Below, piece after piece: positions 51,895 to 64,000 of a DNA stretch of 64,000 nt (positions are counted from its first letter, which is position 1; the number at the start of each line of letters is the position of its first letter). This DNA comes from Callorhinchus milii. Taxonomy: Eukaryota. Where the stretch lies: NCBI RefSeq assembly GCF_018977255.1, contig NW_024704743.1:56670001-56734000 (forward strand), in the 5' to 3' direction. The notes beneath the pieces were generated by a model. The model did not search any database. It had not been told where the DNA came from and worked only from the letters and a program-made list of their open reading frames with translations. A program made the translations under genes and the position numbers.

Positions 51895-53864
51895 GTAAAG
51901 AACATGAAACTGCCCTTGCGAATGATCCACAAGTATAAAATATTCCATTAAACCAAACCTATAATTCAAATTTCTTATGAGTTTTTGATTAATGATGCCG
52001 ACAATGAAATAGATTTACTCATGAGAGAATGGACATTAAAGTAGACTTTTTCAAAGCATGTATGGGTATAATATTAAGATAAATCTTCATGTCTTAAAAA
52101 TAAAAGAAGGATTTGCAGCATTTTTTCATGCGGTGGAGAGAATATGTTCAATTCCTGAACTGAAATGTAAAGGTCATCTTACAAAACTAATCAGTGTACA
52201 GTAGTTTTAAATATCATCCTGGTGAGATTTCCTGAATAAAGTCATCAACTAAACTCAACCTAAAAATACGATGGAAACATTGTACTGGTGGTGCTATTTT
52301 ATTAACTAAAAGATAGAGACTATGTGTTATATAAATAAATCATAAAAATAATAATCCTTGCATTTGATATACCACCTTTCTCCTCAGCAGATTGTTTCAA
52401 AGGTCTTCACATGGAAAAAGAACTGTAAAATGTAATGACTGTACTTTGTAGGTAAACATGGCAGTGAATTTGCACATAGCAATGTCTGATAAATAGCTAT
52501 GATTTGAATAACCATTTTTTATCTGGGGTTTGTTATCGCCATAGAACACCATAGAAACGCCTTTCTTTTCAAATAGTGACATGGAATCTTTAACATCCAG
52601 CTGAATGAGGCCAGGACATCAGCTTATCATCTCATTCAAAACACGGCAACTAAAACAATGCAACACATCCCCAGCGATGCAGTGCATTGGAATATCAGCC
52701 TCGACTCTGAGTTCAAAATCCTGATGCTGGGCTTACAATCTTCTGACAAAAATTTAGGATCCACCAGGACAGTAGAACAAGAAGACATAGATTTAAAGTT
52801 GTGAATGGCAATTTCAGGACAGATACCAGGAAGTTTTTCTTCACTCAGAGAGTAACTAATGACTATAACAGGTTTGCCCTATTTCATACAATACATTCCT
52901 TGCCCCTCTCCACTGCAATTATCCCAAGCTCTAACGGGTTGTCAGGAAGGACGGTTGAGGCCAGGCACTGGATTTGTTTTTAAACGAACAGCTGGATGCT
53001 ATGATGTGGTGGGGTGGGTGGTAATGAAAGGGTGGGTATTCTGAAAGGATGAGATCAGATGGACTGAAGGTTCTTCTTCATCCAAACCAATTTTGTAATC
53101 TTATGACTCAGACTCAATAATGCAACCAACTGAGCCAGGCTGAACATTTCTTTCTCTGAAAGAATAAAGCAAGTAAAACAGCACCAAGCAGTGGCTTTAT
53201 CGTGCCTCAATATCAGAGCAGCCCTTACAATTGACCACTTAAGATCATTTTACAGTATAAATAATAATTATAGTAAGGTTTGTAAATCAAATCACTTCAC
53301 AGGATTTTCCTAAAAAATGTAATTACTACACTGTAAAGAGTAGTGACTACATTTTGTAGAACTTACATTTTACAATATACATTTCACATTGCTTTGTATG
53401 GCTGGTAACAGTCAGAGAGAGGGACAGAGGAGGTGACAGTGACAGACAGGGGAGGTGGGAAAGGTCATAAAATATACAAGAGGCTGTAAGTATGGCTAGT
53501 AATTAGGATAAAGAACAATGGAGCTGAAGAGGGAAAGATAGTGGTCTGTGTAATATGGCCAAGAGGATTTGATTAAACTCAATTGTTTAATCCAGGGGCT
53601 AGAAGATAGTTCATGTAAGAGATCTGCTGCGGTGAAGCTGAATTTCACATCAAACACTAAATACAAACTTTTTAAATAATAAAGCATCCATTAATCCAAC
53701 TTTCAATAATAATAATAACTGTTACATTTGATACCACCTTTCACATCGAAGGACATACCCAAAGGATTCACAGGATATACTGCAAAACTTAGTAACTGAG
53801 AAATTTGTAGCCATGTACCCTGATGTTTTTTTGTCACCGGTTATCTCTTCCGCTTCTCCTACAG

Positions 53865-54008
53865 GCACAGTACTTCCTGGGGCACAATTCCAATGCTTCA
53901 GATCTTACCCAAAAGGGCAATGTCTGCACTTTGAAGCTGAAAAGAAAACATGTATATCTGAATCTGGGATCACTTCACGTTTGGAAAATGACTTCAGCTT
54001 CAACACAA
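53865..54008 (+). pseudogene. Exon relic (144 nt)
   Basis: ctcttccgcttctcctacag| ... |gtgaga; two open frames; YFLGHNSNAS recalls RGS22 YFFGPDSPAS (from memory). Confidence 0.5.
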
Positions 54009-55986
54009 GTGAGAATTAGGAGGAGGGTGAGCTTGGTTTATATTCAACAATCTCTATACTCCGTACCCCAATCACACAGTCCTTACTTGATTCCCGATCA
54101 CCGAACATATCAATCTCAAGATCCTTTCACTTGTTTTCAAATCCCTTCATGTCCTCGCACCTCCCTTAGACATTGCTACCTTTGCATACAAAATACGTAG
54201 TCACTACATTTTACAGTGTATCCTATGAAGTGCTTTAACAAACCCTCCTGACGTTAAAGGAACTATATTAAATGTATGAATTATTTTATATTATTATATT
54301 AATCTCTATCCCAAACTTCTGCTTGAAGGTGTATATCTGAGGAAACACATTGAGAACAGTAGAGGGTTGAGCTGCAGTCATATAGCTTTCTCACACCTGA
54401 ATAATGACCATTCTGCAATGGACTGAGGGCAACCACTGAACCACACCTCAGAAGAAAGAGAAATAAACAAGTCAAAACACCTTTAGCGGAAGGAGTAAAA
54501 TTTGGCAGAGGAGATAAAAGTTTTAAGAGGAAAATAATGACAAATATCATAAATACGATGCTTGGTTAATATAAAATGAGGAGCAATGAAATTGATACAA
54601 ATGTTGATTTCATTTGAGCTATAAGAGAGGAGATGCATTTTTATAATGCCTTATTTAATCAAAAACTAATTAAACTCCAGCAGTAGCCCAAAGCACACTC
54701 TGATGTCTCCAAGCTGTGGCTCTTTCCAACTTGAGACTAATACTCTCCAGAACTAGGTAACCAGGGTGCATCCCTCCAGAAGAGAGTGCACATTCCATTC
54801 CAGCACAAGTAAATTGCCATGGTTAGGTGGCGTACATGGACAACTCAGTCTGGTTTGGACTCTTAACTCTTAAGCATGGTAATGGATTTCTACATGTGTC
54901 AGACGCCTGGCCGATCAAAATCAAATCAAAATTACTGAACAGGTTATTATTGTCAAGTGTACACTTTTCTTCGTGTGGGCAAATGTGGCAACCATTCTCA
55001 AAACAAGCGGGTAAATGACTAATTTATCTGAACACTAATCTCTTCCTTTTCAGCAAGTGTCCTGGGATCTTTAACACCCACCTAAACAAGCAGCCAAGAG
55101 CTCAGTTTCAACATTTCATCTTAAAGATAGCGCTTCTGGAAATGTAGTTCTCCCTCAGGACTGCACTGGATTGTCAGCTGCAGATGGGTTAAAGTACCAA
55201 CACGGGGCTTGAAACTCCAACCATGTGATCCAAAGAATAAGAGTGTGACCAAGTGAACCAGACTTATGTTGCCAATTCCACATCTCTGCTGCCTTGAGCT
55301 CAGCACAAAGCAACTGGAGTTCTGTTCTTGTGCACCTAACCACATATGGAGATTTCTGCTAACTGCTGCCAAATGCTGGTTAATGTTTAATGTTATGAAA
55401 GTCTGGGAGTGCTGCTGAACCTTTATGAACAATACAAATCTTAGAGTGGACCAGGGGGCCACCAAGGAACTTTTCAGGTCAACATTTTATAAGTGTTTTT
55501 TAAAGTGGTCTCACATTGTTTGCATGAATCGGTTTGGAACAACAACAACGTGCCCTTATGTAATGCTTTTCATATAATATGTAATAAGAATCCTTGCACC
55601 TTACATCATTCAGACATTTCAAAGTGCTTTACATAATAAACTGTAAAGTGAATAAGACGAGCTCGAAGCATTTCGCAGAGATAATAGGGAGCACTCGATG
55701 GAGCAGAGAGGAAGGAGAATTGAAGACTGTTGACCAAAAGCATGGTTAAAGATATATGTTTTTAAGAGGATTTAAAAGCAAGGAGAGAAGAAGCAGGAAA
55801 ATGGATTTGGAAGAGAATTTTAGTGATCAAAGGCTTAGAAAACTTGCTAATTCCTGTGGCCATTTGTGTTGTTTGGTTGCACAAACTCCATCATATCAGT
55901 GCAGACTTGTAGAGCTGCACCACTAAACTCCTGCCACATTTCTCTCTGCATCAGTTGAATTTCAATCTTTGCACACGATGCTGTAG

Positions 55987-56260
55987 ATTAATTGCTAGAA
56001 ATTAAAGAGAATTGCTGAGTGACATGGAAATAGCCTAATGGCTTTTATGTTGATTTGGAGGAGATGCAAAAGCAGGCTGTGCCACTCAGAACAGTGCCTA
56101 GAGAAAAGAGGAAGCAGCTTCAGTTAAGATAGCCTAGTGTAGCTAAGAGACTGTAGACATTGGAGGTTGCTTTTGCAAGTGAACAGTATTGCTGGTCTTC
56201 AGGATAAAAAAAATTCTAAGTGATAATACTGTGAAAAGAGAGGTTATTAGAATGGGCAAA
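55987..56260 (+). pseudogene. Exon relic
   Basis: FYVDLEEMQK...AKRL*TLEVAF; protein-like with TAG stops. Confidence 0.35.
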
Positions 56261-56486
56261 GTATGATTATAATGGCCCCATAGCAGTACCACCGACAGAA
56301 AGTACTCCCAATGAGAGATGTAATAAGAATGACGTAGCACTGTTGCTATTAGAGGTGGTTAACACTGTTTTTCAAAATAGGCCTGCATTCTGACCCAAGG
56401 TGCAGGATTGCTGACATGGGTCTATGTTTTTCTACCCAGAAACATGTGAAAGCCAGAGATCAGAAGCTGGGGAAAAATCACGCATA

Positions 56487-56856
56487 TAATAATGATAATA
56501 ATCCTTTCATTTTGATGTAGAGCCTTATTAAGTCTTTGAGACATCTCAAAGCATTTCACAGAATATACTGTAAAGTGAATTAACTGTATATTTTGTGGGC
56601 GAAACGCGGTAGCCAATTGCACACAGCTGTGTCCCACAAACAGTTGTGTAATGAAATGCGAATTATTATTTTTTTTTGAAGGAATTATTAACCCCAGAAA
56701 CGCAATCTGCCAATCGACGAATAACCAGTTTCCTACTTACTGCTCGGTAAACGTGTATGTGGAGTAACAAAACTTGCCCAACATTTCGCCCTGTCAGGAA
56801 TCAAACCTAGATCTCTCGCTTGCAAGGCGAGTGTTCTAACCACTGAGCTACTGGCC
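56487..56856 (-). mobile_element. Full-length SINE, long subfamily
   Basis: Same extra segment as 40516-40893. Confidence 0.9.
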
Positions 56857-59668
56857 TTACCTAAGATCACACAGGACCAGTTGTTTCTGTGGAAATTACA
56901 GGGTAAGAAACATTTTATTATTATTAATGATTTTTGAGTTTGATACAGCACTTTTCATGTCGGGAGGATGTCTTAAAGCACTTCACCGGATTTACTATAA
57001 AGTCGTAACCGGTCATTAAGGGCAGTTTCCAGTCAATACATTGTCCCTTATTTATCCTTAACCATAGCAAAGGAAGAGAATGGAGTTAGTAATGCTGTCA
57101 TTTAACCCCTATAAATGACAAGTGGTCCTGAGCTAAATGGCCGTTTCATGTTTCTTTTCGTAAACCAAGAGGACAACCAAAAAAATGTAAAAGGCAGGAT
57201 TACTCCAGAAATGCATATAAGCAAGCTTGGGTGCCCAGTCAGCAGTGTGAAGCACTTTGAGACATCTTCCGAAAAAGTGCTACATAAACATACATTGTTG
57301 TTGTTGTTGCTGTTTCTCTTACATACATTTTTGTTTATTGTAAATTTTCAGAACTCTCGTAATGGGCGAATGGGTTAATACATTATCTGGTGCATTCTCC
57401 TACATTATACACAGCAGAACATTTGGGTTGAGTCAAGTAGCCCCAATCATTGTACCACAAAGACCAGGCAGGATCTCAGAGCAACATCTCATCTGAAGGA
57501 TTTTTAAATTAAAAATAATGGGACTGAATTAAAATACCAAATTCATAATTAGATACTACAACAACAACTTATATTTATATAGTGCTGATCATGCAGGATC
57601 GGTCTCGTAGAGTTGAACAATGGCCATGTTTGACGTCGAGCTGGGGAGAAAGGGGAGGTAACCATAGACATAATTTAAGGTAAGGTGCGTAACTAGCTCA
57701 AGTTCAACACCCCATATTGTTATCTAAACCTTTGAATTGTGTATTGCAATGTATTCCTGCCTCTCAGTCTGTGATGCCATATGCAGTCACTTGATCTGAA
57801 CCAGGAACATGCACTAACTTATGTTACCTGATCTACACAGAAGTACATTTTTTTTGTAAAAAATGGGTAACATCAGAACACAGCTTAATTGAGGAAGATA
57901 AAGATCACAACACCAAAGAAAAACAAAGCGTTTTAATGTCCACTAATAATTACAGTTTTAAAATAACATTTCCACCCTAAAATGCAGCAGAGATGCATGA
58001 AGTCATTTGCTAAGGGATTGTCACGGTCAGTGATTTGTTGAGTGTGCAGCTGGAGGCAGAGGGATGAACAGATGGACCCAGGAAAACTTGCTCTTTGACC
58101 TTCAGTTTAGTACCTCCAACTGCCTTCATTTACATGAGAATGAATGACCTTTATGAACTTTTCAGCTCTTTATAGTCTAAATAAATCAGATTATTCTTTG
58201 TCACGCCCCTCAAACAAAGATGAATAAGGTAGCTAGCTGCTGTCACTGAGAATGATTAATTAGTAAACCTTACAGATATTTACCCATAAAAGAATACTTT
58301 CCATGAATTTTGAGTGATTCCAAATCTAGACCTTTCTCAGGAGCATGAACTGAGCAATGTTATCTAAGAATCCAATCGTTCAGTATTTAATCGTGGTGTG
58401 TTCTTATTTATAACACTCCCTCCACCCAACCTGAAATGAAGGAACGTAGGAGGTCCTTAAAACTATAACAACTGTTCTCTTGGGCAGTATGAAAAATTAT
58501 CAATAAGATGGAGAAAGCTAGCAATGTTCCATTGTAAAACTATTAGCTTAATTGAGAAGTAATGAAAATCAGCAAACGTTTTTCAAAGTTGAATTAATTG
58601 TGGATCTTTAAAGGAGCAGGGTTGTCGCTGGTGAAATACTATGACGAGAATATACTTCTAATGTATGACAAGTGAGTTGGATTACTGTGGTGGTTTCAAT
58701 TTTCTAAATATACACTTTTACATGAAACACTGTTTTTAAAAAAATCTTACATTTAGTGTAAGGCATTGGGAGGATGTCCCAAAGCGCTTCACAGTAACTG
58801 TGTGTGGTTTGTGGGTTCTTTGGGGGAATAAGAACACTGGGATGGTGGAGGGTAAAACAGTTTCCTTTCAGTGAGTCTGAACGGCATCAACAACATCTTG
58901 CATTTATATAGCACCCTTCACACAAGATAGTGTCTCAGATCACTTGGACCACTCTCTATATTCTATGGCAGACTCTGTTTTCTGATTTTAGATTTGTTTT
59001 CCACCCCTAAAGAGTATTTTAACCAGCAAAAGGGGCTGAATACCAGATTCAAAACAGAAAATTGTCTACTTTTTACATGAGGTTGAAAACGTGTTTGAAA
59101 AAAAGGAATTTTATCTTGGCCTTTTACATATTCCCAGCATATAGAATCCGGTTTGCAAATATTGCAAATTAGACTCCGTTAATAGAGATCTCCACTGCAA
59201 CTAGAAAATAGCACAGTTTCTGGCAATAGCGTGTCTTTTACTCATGAATACCAACTTCCATTGAGCCATCAAAATATAAGGATTGAGTGGATGGTAAATA
59301 GTGTATTGATGCTAATGACTGCACAGTACTGTTGTTTAAAATATATGATGGTCTGTACGGGCTGTCAAAGGACACATTGCACCATTAAAAATGGACTTAA
59401 TGAAAATTTATGAGCACAATGTTCTCTTGCTGCCCAAAGATATTTTGTACAGTGACTGTCAGTAGTACACAGCGTAGACTGAGCACATTTTGCTTCAACC
59501 GCATTTCTGTCATAACCTATCCACTTTAATTATCCATGTAAATGCCAAACCTACGCCTGTGAGGTCCATACTTTAAAATGACCAATCGCAACCTTTTTAT
59601 TCAATGAAATAAAATGACTGAAATGGCTAGCATTGATATAGTTTCCTGGAATTTTGTTTTACTTTCAG

Positions 59669-59870
59669 AAAGACATGAGTCAAATGTTGTGGCATTTCGT
59701 AACAGATTTCTTGGTTAATATTTTGTGTCAAACGTGACCCAGTCTCTCCTTTGTCACACTGAAGGCTGATGTTGGGAATATGCTGAATAAAGGAAATTTA
59801 AGTCTTTTGGGGCAATGTATAGAATTACAATGTTGTAGATCAGAAAACAAATACAGTGAAGTTTCCTGCA
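59669..59870 (+). pseudogene. Exon relic resembling the C-terminal RGS box of RGS22
   Basis: ttttgttttactttcag| acceptor. VVAFR (59686-59700), FVTLKAD (59750-59770) and FWGNV*NY (59805-59828) lie in three frames, colinear with RGS22 IIAFR..FVALKGD..FWQEVQKY as I recall it. Confidence 0.65.
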
Positions 59871-60250
59871 ATAGTTCAGTAGGCTCCATCCAGCATGCAA
59901 CTACGTGATGGAGACCAGAAAGGCCCCAAGTACAATCCTTGCTTTGTGCTGAGTTAGCTGATCTGTGGAAAGAAAGCGTAAGAGAGCTACAATTGGCCTT
60001 AGCACTGTGAAGTATTGAAGAAGAAAATCAGCCAGGTCCCATTCCTGATCATTGACTTCAATCTTTATTAAGAATGTACTCTGATGTGGATGTCAGGCAA
60101 AGAACAGGGCATCAATGTAACAGTATATTTTTTTTGTTTGCCTGCAACCATTCATGGTGAGGAATGGTCACCAGGGGGTGAGTACAGCACAGCTGGGACA
60201 CAGGGCACAATACAACAGCGTCAGTCAGTGACTTCAGAAAAGATGAGTTC
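59870..60250 (+). mobile_element. AmnSINE2-like ancient SINE
   Basis: tgtgctgagttagctgatct...ctacaattggcct...aaaatcagccagg; family name from recollection; related copies at 10345-10615 (+), 32520-32830 (+) and 33400-33700 (-). Confidence 0.6.
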
Positions 60251-60624
60251 AAATGGGGGTGGGGAGGGGAAACAGTTTTTTAAAATTCTCTTTTCAGTGA
60301 AAAAATTGCAGAAAAAGAAGGCTTCAAAAAAGACATCTGGGCCTATCACATGCTGATCCCTAAATATAGAGACCTTAAGTATTAAAAATACACCTGATAA
60401 GTAGAATAAATCCCATTCTACAAATGTATATGAAAACTCATTTTAGCAATCAAGACGTGAAAGACACCACAGTCCCAGTCAGTTGTGGGACCTACACTTC
60501 AAATGTGAAGGGGCGCTAAATATAAATGTCAATGTAAACTTATTGCAAGGCTTTCAGTATTTCATAATGAGAATAATGAGAAAGATTTACTAACACTGTT
60601 CCGGTAGTTAGGAATGTATTTTAG

Positions 60625-60775
60625 GCGATACACGCTGCATTCCTGAGGGCTTTGTGTCTTGACCTAAACCTGTAGTAACAGAAGCCATATGCTACACAGA
60701 TATCATGGGGGGAGGTAGGAAATGCGTCTGCCAGCTGGAAGGAATTTCTACAAGTCACAGAGAGGAAGAAGAAAA
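60625..60775 (+). pseudogene. Exon relic, second half of the last RGS-like box
   Basis: gtattttag| acceptor; AIHAAFLRALCLDL ... SWKEFLQ. Confidence 0.45.
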
Positions 60776-61601
60776 GTTTGTATTTTTAATTAATTCTTCA
60801 ACATATGCTATGCGGATCTATTATCTTAAGCTCACAATAAAAGGACATTCTGAGGTTGATTTACCAGATGAAATATAGATTAATGTAATTTTTCAGTTTC
60901 CTTTTACTTTAAACTGAATGCACTACTAGACGTAATCTTTTGACATTTTTACCAGGTAGTCCAAACATGGCCATAAATATAGAAATCCTGCAGGGGAAAT
61001 ATCAAAACCACAAGATGCCATTTACTGTGTCAGCTTTATAAATTATAGCTAACAGTCAAGAGAGCTCAGTGACAGTATTCAGCCACAAAAATACAGCGTT
61101 TGACTAAATGCTCCTTTCTTTTAGAAAAACTACCAAACATTTCAAATCTTATAAGTAGTTGTAAATGTATTTGCTTCTCAGTTTCATGCATAAATAGTTT
61201 TTTTTATTAACGAGTGAGTGGTAGCTCACATGTAAGGAACTGGAGTTGAACACTGCTTCTTTAAGATTCAGTGGATAGAATAATTATTTGTGGTGTTGCT
61301 GTAGAGTAAATCACTCTATCAGCTAAGCAATGTGACATAGGATTCCCTGTAATAACTTTGCAGTACTAACCTCACAGTGGGCCTTGTGCAATTTATTTTG
61401 TGGACCCAGCAGTCTCCGATCCAGCATTCCTGAGGGAGCCGACCATGTCGCAGTAGCTGCTGCAGTGCAATTTATGAAGGCCTGACTCCAGATGCTGCTT
61501 TTTCAGGGGAGGCTGAGGTCAGATGGTCTTATACTTAACTATGAATCCTACCATATAAAACTAGGCAGGTGGTGTGGTCCCCATATCATTCTCACAGCAT
61601 G

Positions 61602-61642
61602 CCTGTGAACAGACACCCTAACCCTAACCCTGTGAACAGACA
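61602..61642. repeat. Short interstitial telomeric insertion between 14-bp direct repeats
   Basis: cctgtgaacagaca-ccctaaccctaac-cctgtgaacagaca. Confidence 0.85.
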
Positions 61643-61822
61643 TGCTGGGACTGACATAAACTGTGGTCTTAATAAATATTTTGTTTGCACATCATTGCAA
61701 AGCATAGTGGGGAGGGATGAACTTAATGGATGATAGGGAAATTCCCCCACTCTAAGCACATTCTCCACGTGGAAAAATTGAAGTTGCTGAGTCTATACTG
61801 ATGGATTTATGGCTTTTGACAG

Positions 61823-62131
61823 GTTAGTAGGAAACCAGCCGTTTAGTGCTTTATTTCCTAGAAAGCTTAATTCCTGCTAACTGGCAGCCGCTGGACGGAA
61901 ACCCATTGCTGGGGATCAAATTCTGAAACTTTATCATTGAAAATTGTGTTGCAGAGGAAGAATAGAGAAACCAGTATCATGCCTGTGAAGAGGAATCATA
62001 GCATTCAGTTCCAAAGTAGCATTGGCACCAGCAAGGAAGAAGCCACCTGTATCTTCCTTTATTCATCTTCTTCCTTCTCTGAGGAAGAGAATACCACAAG
62101 AGGAAAAATCAAGCTCCTACAAGCCAAATAA
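61823..62131 (+). pseudogene. Possible terminal exon relic
   Basis: cttttgacag| acceptor; open frame to TAA at 62129-62131, overlapping AATAAA. Confidence 0.3.
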
Positions 62132-62456
62132 ACACTACATTTTAACTGTAAATAGTTTAAAGAAACTGTGATTTTCACACCCATAGAAGAAGGCCATTCG
62201 ACCCATTGTATCTGTGCCGGCTAACCCAAATCTCACCAAATTCACTATCATCCTGTACCACGCAGGATGGCATTGATGACCCTGATTCTTATTTAGAAAA
62301 CGTTTCATAGTCTCACCCCACCCTATTTATGTAATCTTCTCCAGCCCCCACACTCTGGCCCGTATAGACTCTTTTAGGCTACTTGCTCCTCACCACTTAC
62401 ACTACGTTATCAGTGGCCACCACTCAGCACTATGCCGCTGCCCATTGGAACTCTCT

Positions 62457-62742
62457 TATAATAATAATAATCCTTGTATTTGCTATAGCACTTTTCACGT
62501 CTTCTAGACATCCCAAAACGCTTCACAGAATATACTGTAAAGTGAATTGACTGTATATTTGTGGGCAAAATGCAGCAGCCAATTGCACACAAACAGTCGT
62601 GGATTGAAGTGATCAATCTATTATTGTTATTTTTTCTTGAGAGATTATTATCAAGCGTGTGGAGAAAGGAAACTTGTCCAAGGTTTCGCCCTGCCGGGAA
62701 TCGAACCTAGATCTCTTGCTTGTGAGTCGAGTGCTCTAACCA
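62457..62742 (-). mobile_element. SINE, nearly full-length
   Basis: Same family as 9584-9899. Confidence 0.9.
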
Positions 62743-62792
62743 TTGATTCTTATCACATTGTTGAGATGTCTCAAAGCACTTGACAGAATATA

Positions 62793-63397
62793 CAACAACA
62801 ACAACAACTTGGATTTATATAGCGGCCTCCACGTCGGATGGCGTCTCAGAGCACTTCACAGTAACGGATCCCGGGACCGAGCCAGGGGGAGGGGGCGGAA
62901 GGTGACCAAAGGCGCAGTCGAAAAGAAAGGTCTTCAAAAGAGACCTGAAAGTAGGAAGAGAGCGGGTGAGGTGAAGGGAGTGAGGAAGGGAGTTCCAGAG
63001 CCTCGGGGCATAGTGGCTGAAGGCACGGCCGCCGAGGGTGGAGCGGAGGACTCGGGGGACAAGGAGGAGGCCAGACACGGAGGATCGAAGGCAACGGGTA
63101 TTGTTTTGAGGAGAGAGGAGGTCAGAGAGGTAGGGGGGTGCAGAGGAGTGGAGGGACTTGAATACAAGGGTGAGGATCTTGAAATCGATCCTCTCTGGGA
63201 AAGGCAGCGGTGATCGGGGAACGTAGTTTGGTGCGGGTGAGAATGCGGGCGGCAGAGTTTTGGATGATTTGGATTTTATGGATGGTAGTGGATGGGAGAC
63301 TGGCGAGGAGGGCGTTAGAGTAGTCCAGCCGAGAGGTGACAAAGGCATGGATAGGGTTTCAGCGGTTTTCGGAGAGAGGTGTTTGCGGAGACAGGCG
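62793..63397 (-). mobile_element. Young L2 3' fragment (type B) inserted in a SINE tail
   Basis: Close to 29693-30309; atata on both flanks. Confidence 0.95.
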
Positions 63398-64000
63398 ATA
63401 TATTGTAATGTGGATTGACTGTGTATTTTGTGTGCAAAATGCAGTCGGCAATTGCACACAGCAGTGTTCCACAAACACCAATTAATTTAGTGACCACATT
63501 TTTGTGGGTCTGAGAGGCTGATTTAGGAATGGATTAACGGAGGTGGTTTGTGGTTTATTACCCCATTTCTGTGCTGTAACATTCTAGGATTTTGTGAAAT
63601 AAACGGAAGGACCTGGTTCACCAAAACCCTGTGTGCGATCTTTACTGACTTTATAAGATACCTTTACCTCATTACCTCTGTCCCTGCTTTAAACAAGATC
63701 CTGAAAAATGTATCTTTGATCATATCTTTAAGTTAAATTCTCTCATTCTCCTGCTCAGTGTCCACTGTTACATTTGTCAAGTGCTATGCTTTTATTTGAT
63801 GATATTCTTTTACTTAAAAGTATTATATAAATGCAAGCTGTTGTCCTATTACTATCTGCATTACTCACAGAAATAAATATTTTTGCTTGTGAAATCACCT
63901 TGTTAGATACTTGGAGCATCTTGTGCCATAATAACCATCAGGACACAGTTGCTGTCAAAACATGAACAACAATAAAATAGTCACCATGATTAATGGCAAA

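Larger units (their letters stand above)
5181..62131 (+). pseudogene. Putative decayed multi-exon pseudogene of a large multi-RGS-box protein (RGS22/RGSL1-like); extent approximate
   Basis: Series of plus-strand segments with polypyrimidine-AG and GT borders whose translations carry RGS helix motifs (FW/LW..E; Y/F-L....A...N-L....R..I; F/C...Q; D....F-F). Interrupted by stops (many TGA/TAA/TAG compatible with C>T from CGA/CAA/CAG), frameshifts and TE insertions. Motif matching was done by eye. Confidence 0.6.

Noticed and set aside
5181..62131. Intact gene broken only by assembly errors
   Set aside because: Some frameshifts sit in homopolymers and there is one N at 11230, but the many in-frame substitution stops cannot be explained by homopolymer errors
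1..64000. CRISPR arrays, rRNA or prokaryotic systems
   Set aside because: None seen; the sequence is vertebrate repeat-rich DNA

Overview
This is AT-rich vertebrate genomic DNA, most likely from a holocephalan/cartilaginous fish. That assignment is an inference: the dominant tRNA-Ala-headed SINE with a Deu-type body and L2-type tail resembles the elephant-shark SINE as I recall it. No intact protein-coding gene is visible. Much of the window is transposon-derived: two L2 subfamilies (one young copy with a nearly intact RT), young and old Deu-SINEs, AmnSINE2-like copies, CR1 3' ends, a CCHC-bearing non-LTR family and a Gypsy RT scrap, often nested. The main hidden signal is in the unique DNA between the repeats. 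About 20 plus-strand segments, mostly with AG/GT splice-like borders, run from ~5.2 kb to ~62.1 kb. Translated by hand across stops and frameshifts, they repeatedly give RGS-box motifs; the best resembles the C-terminal RGS box of RGS22. I interpret this as a heavily decayed unitary pseudogene of a large multi-RGS-domain (RGS22/RGSL1-like) protein. The interpretation rests on by-eye translation and remembered reference motifs and needs HMM confirmation. Smaller signals: a telomeric-repeat insertion flanked by a 14-bp duplication, a ~195-bp inverted duplication, a 56-bp palindrome beside a CTCF-type motif, and a fold-back at the 5' junction of an L2 tail.
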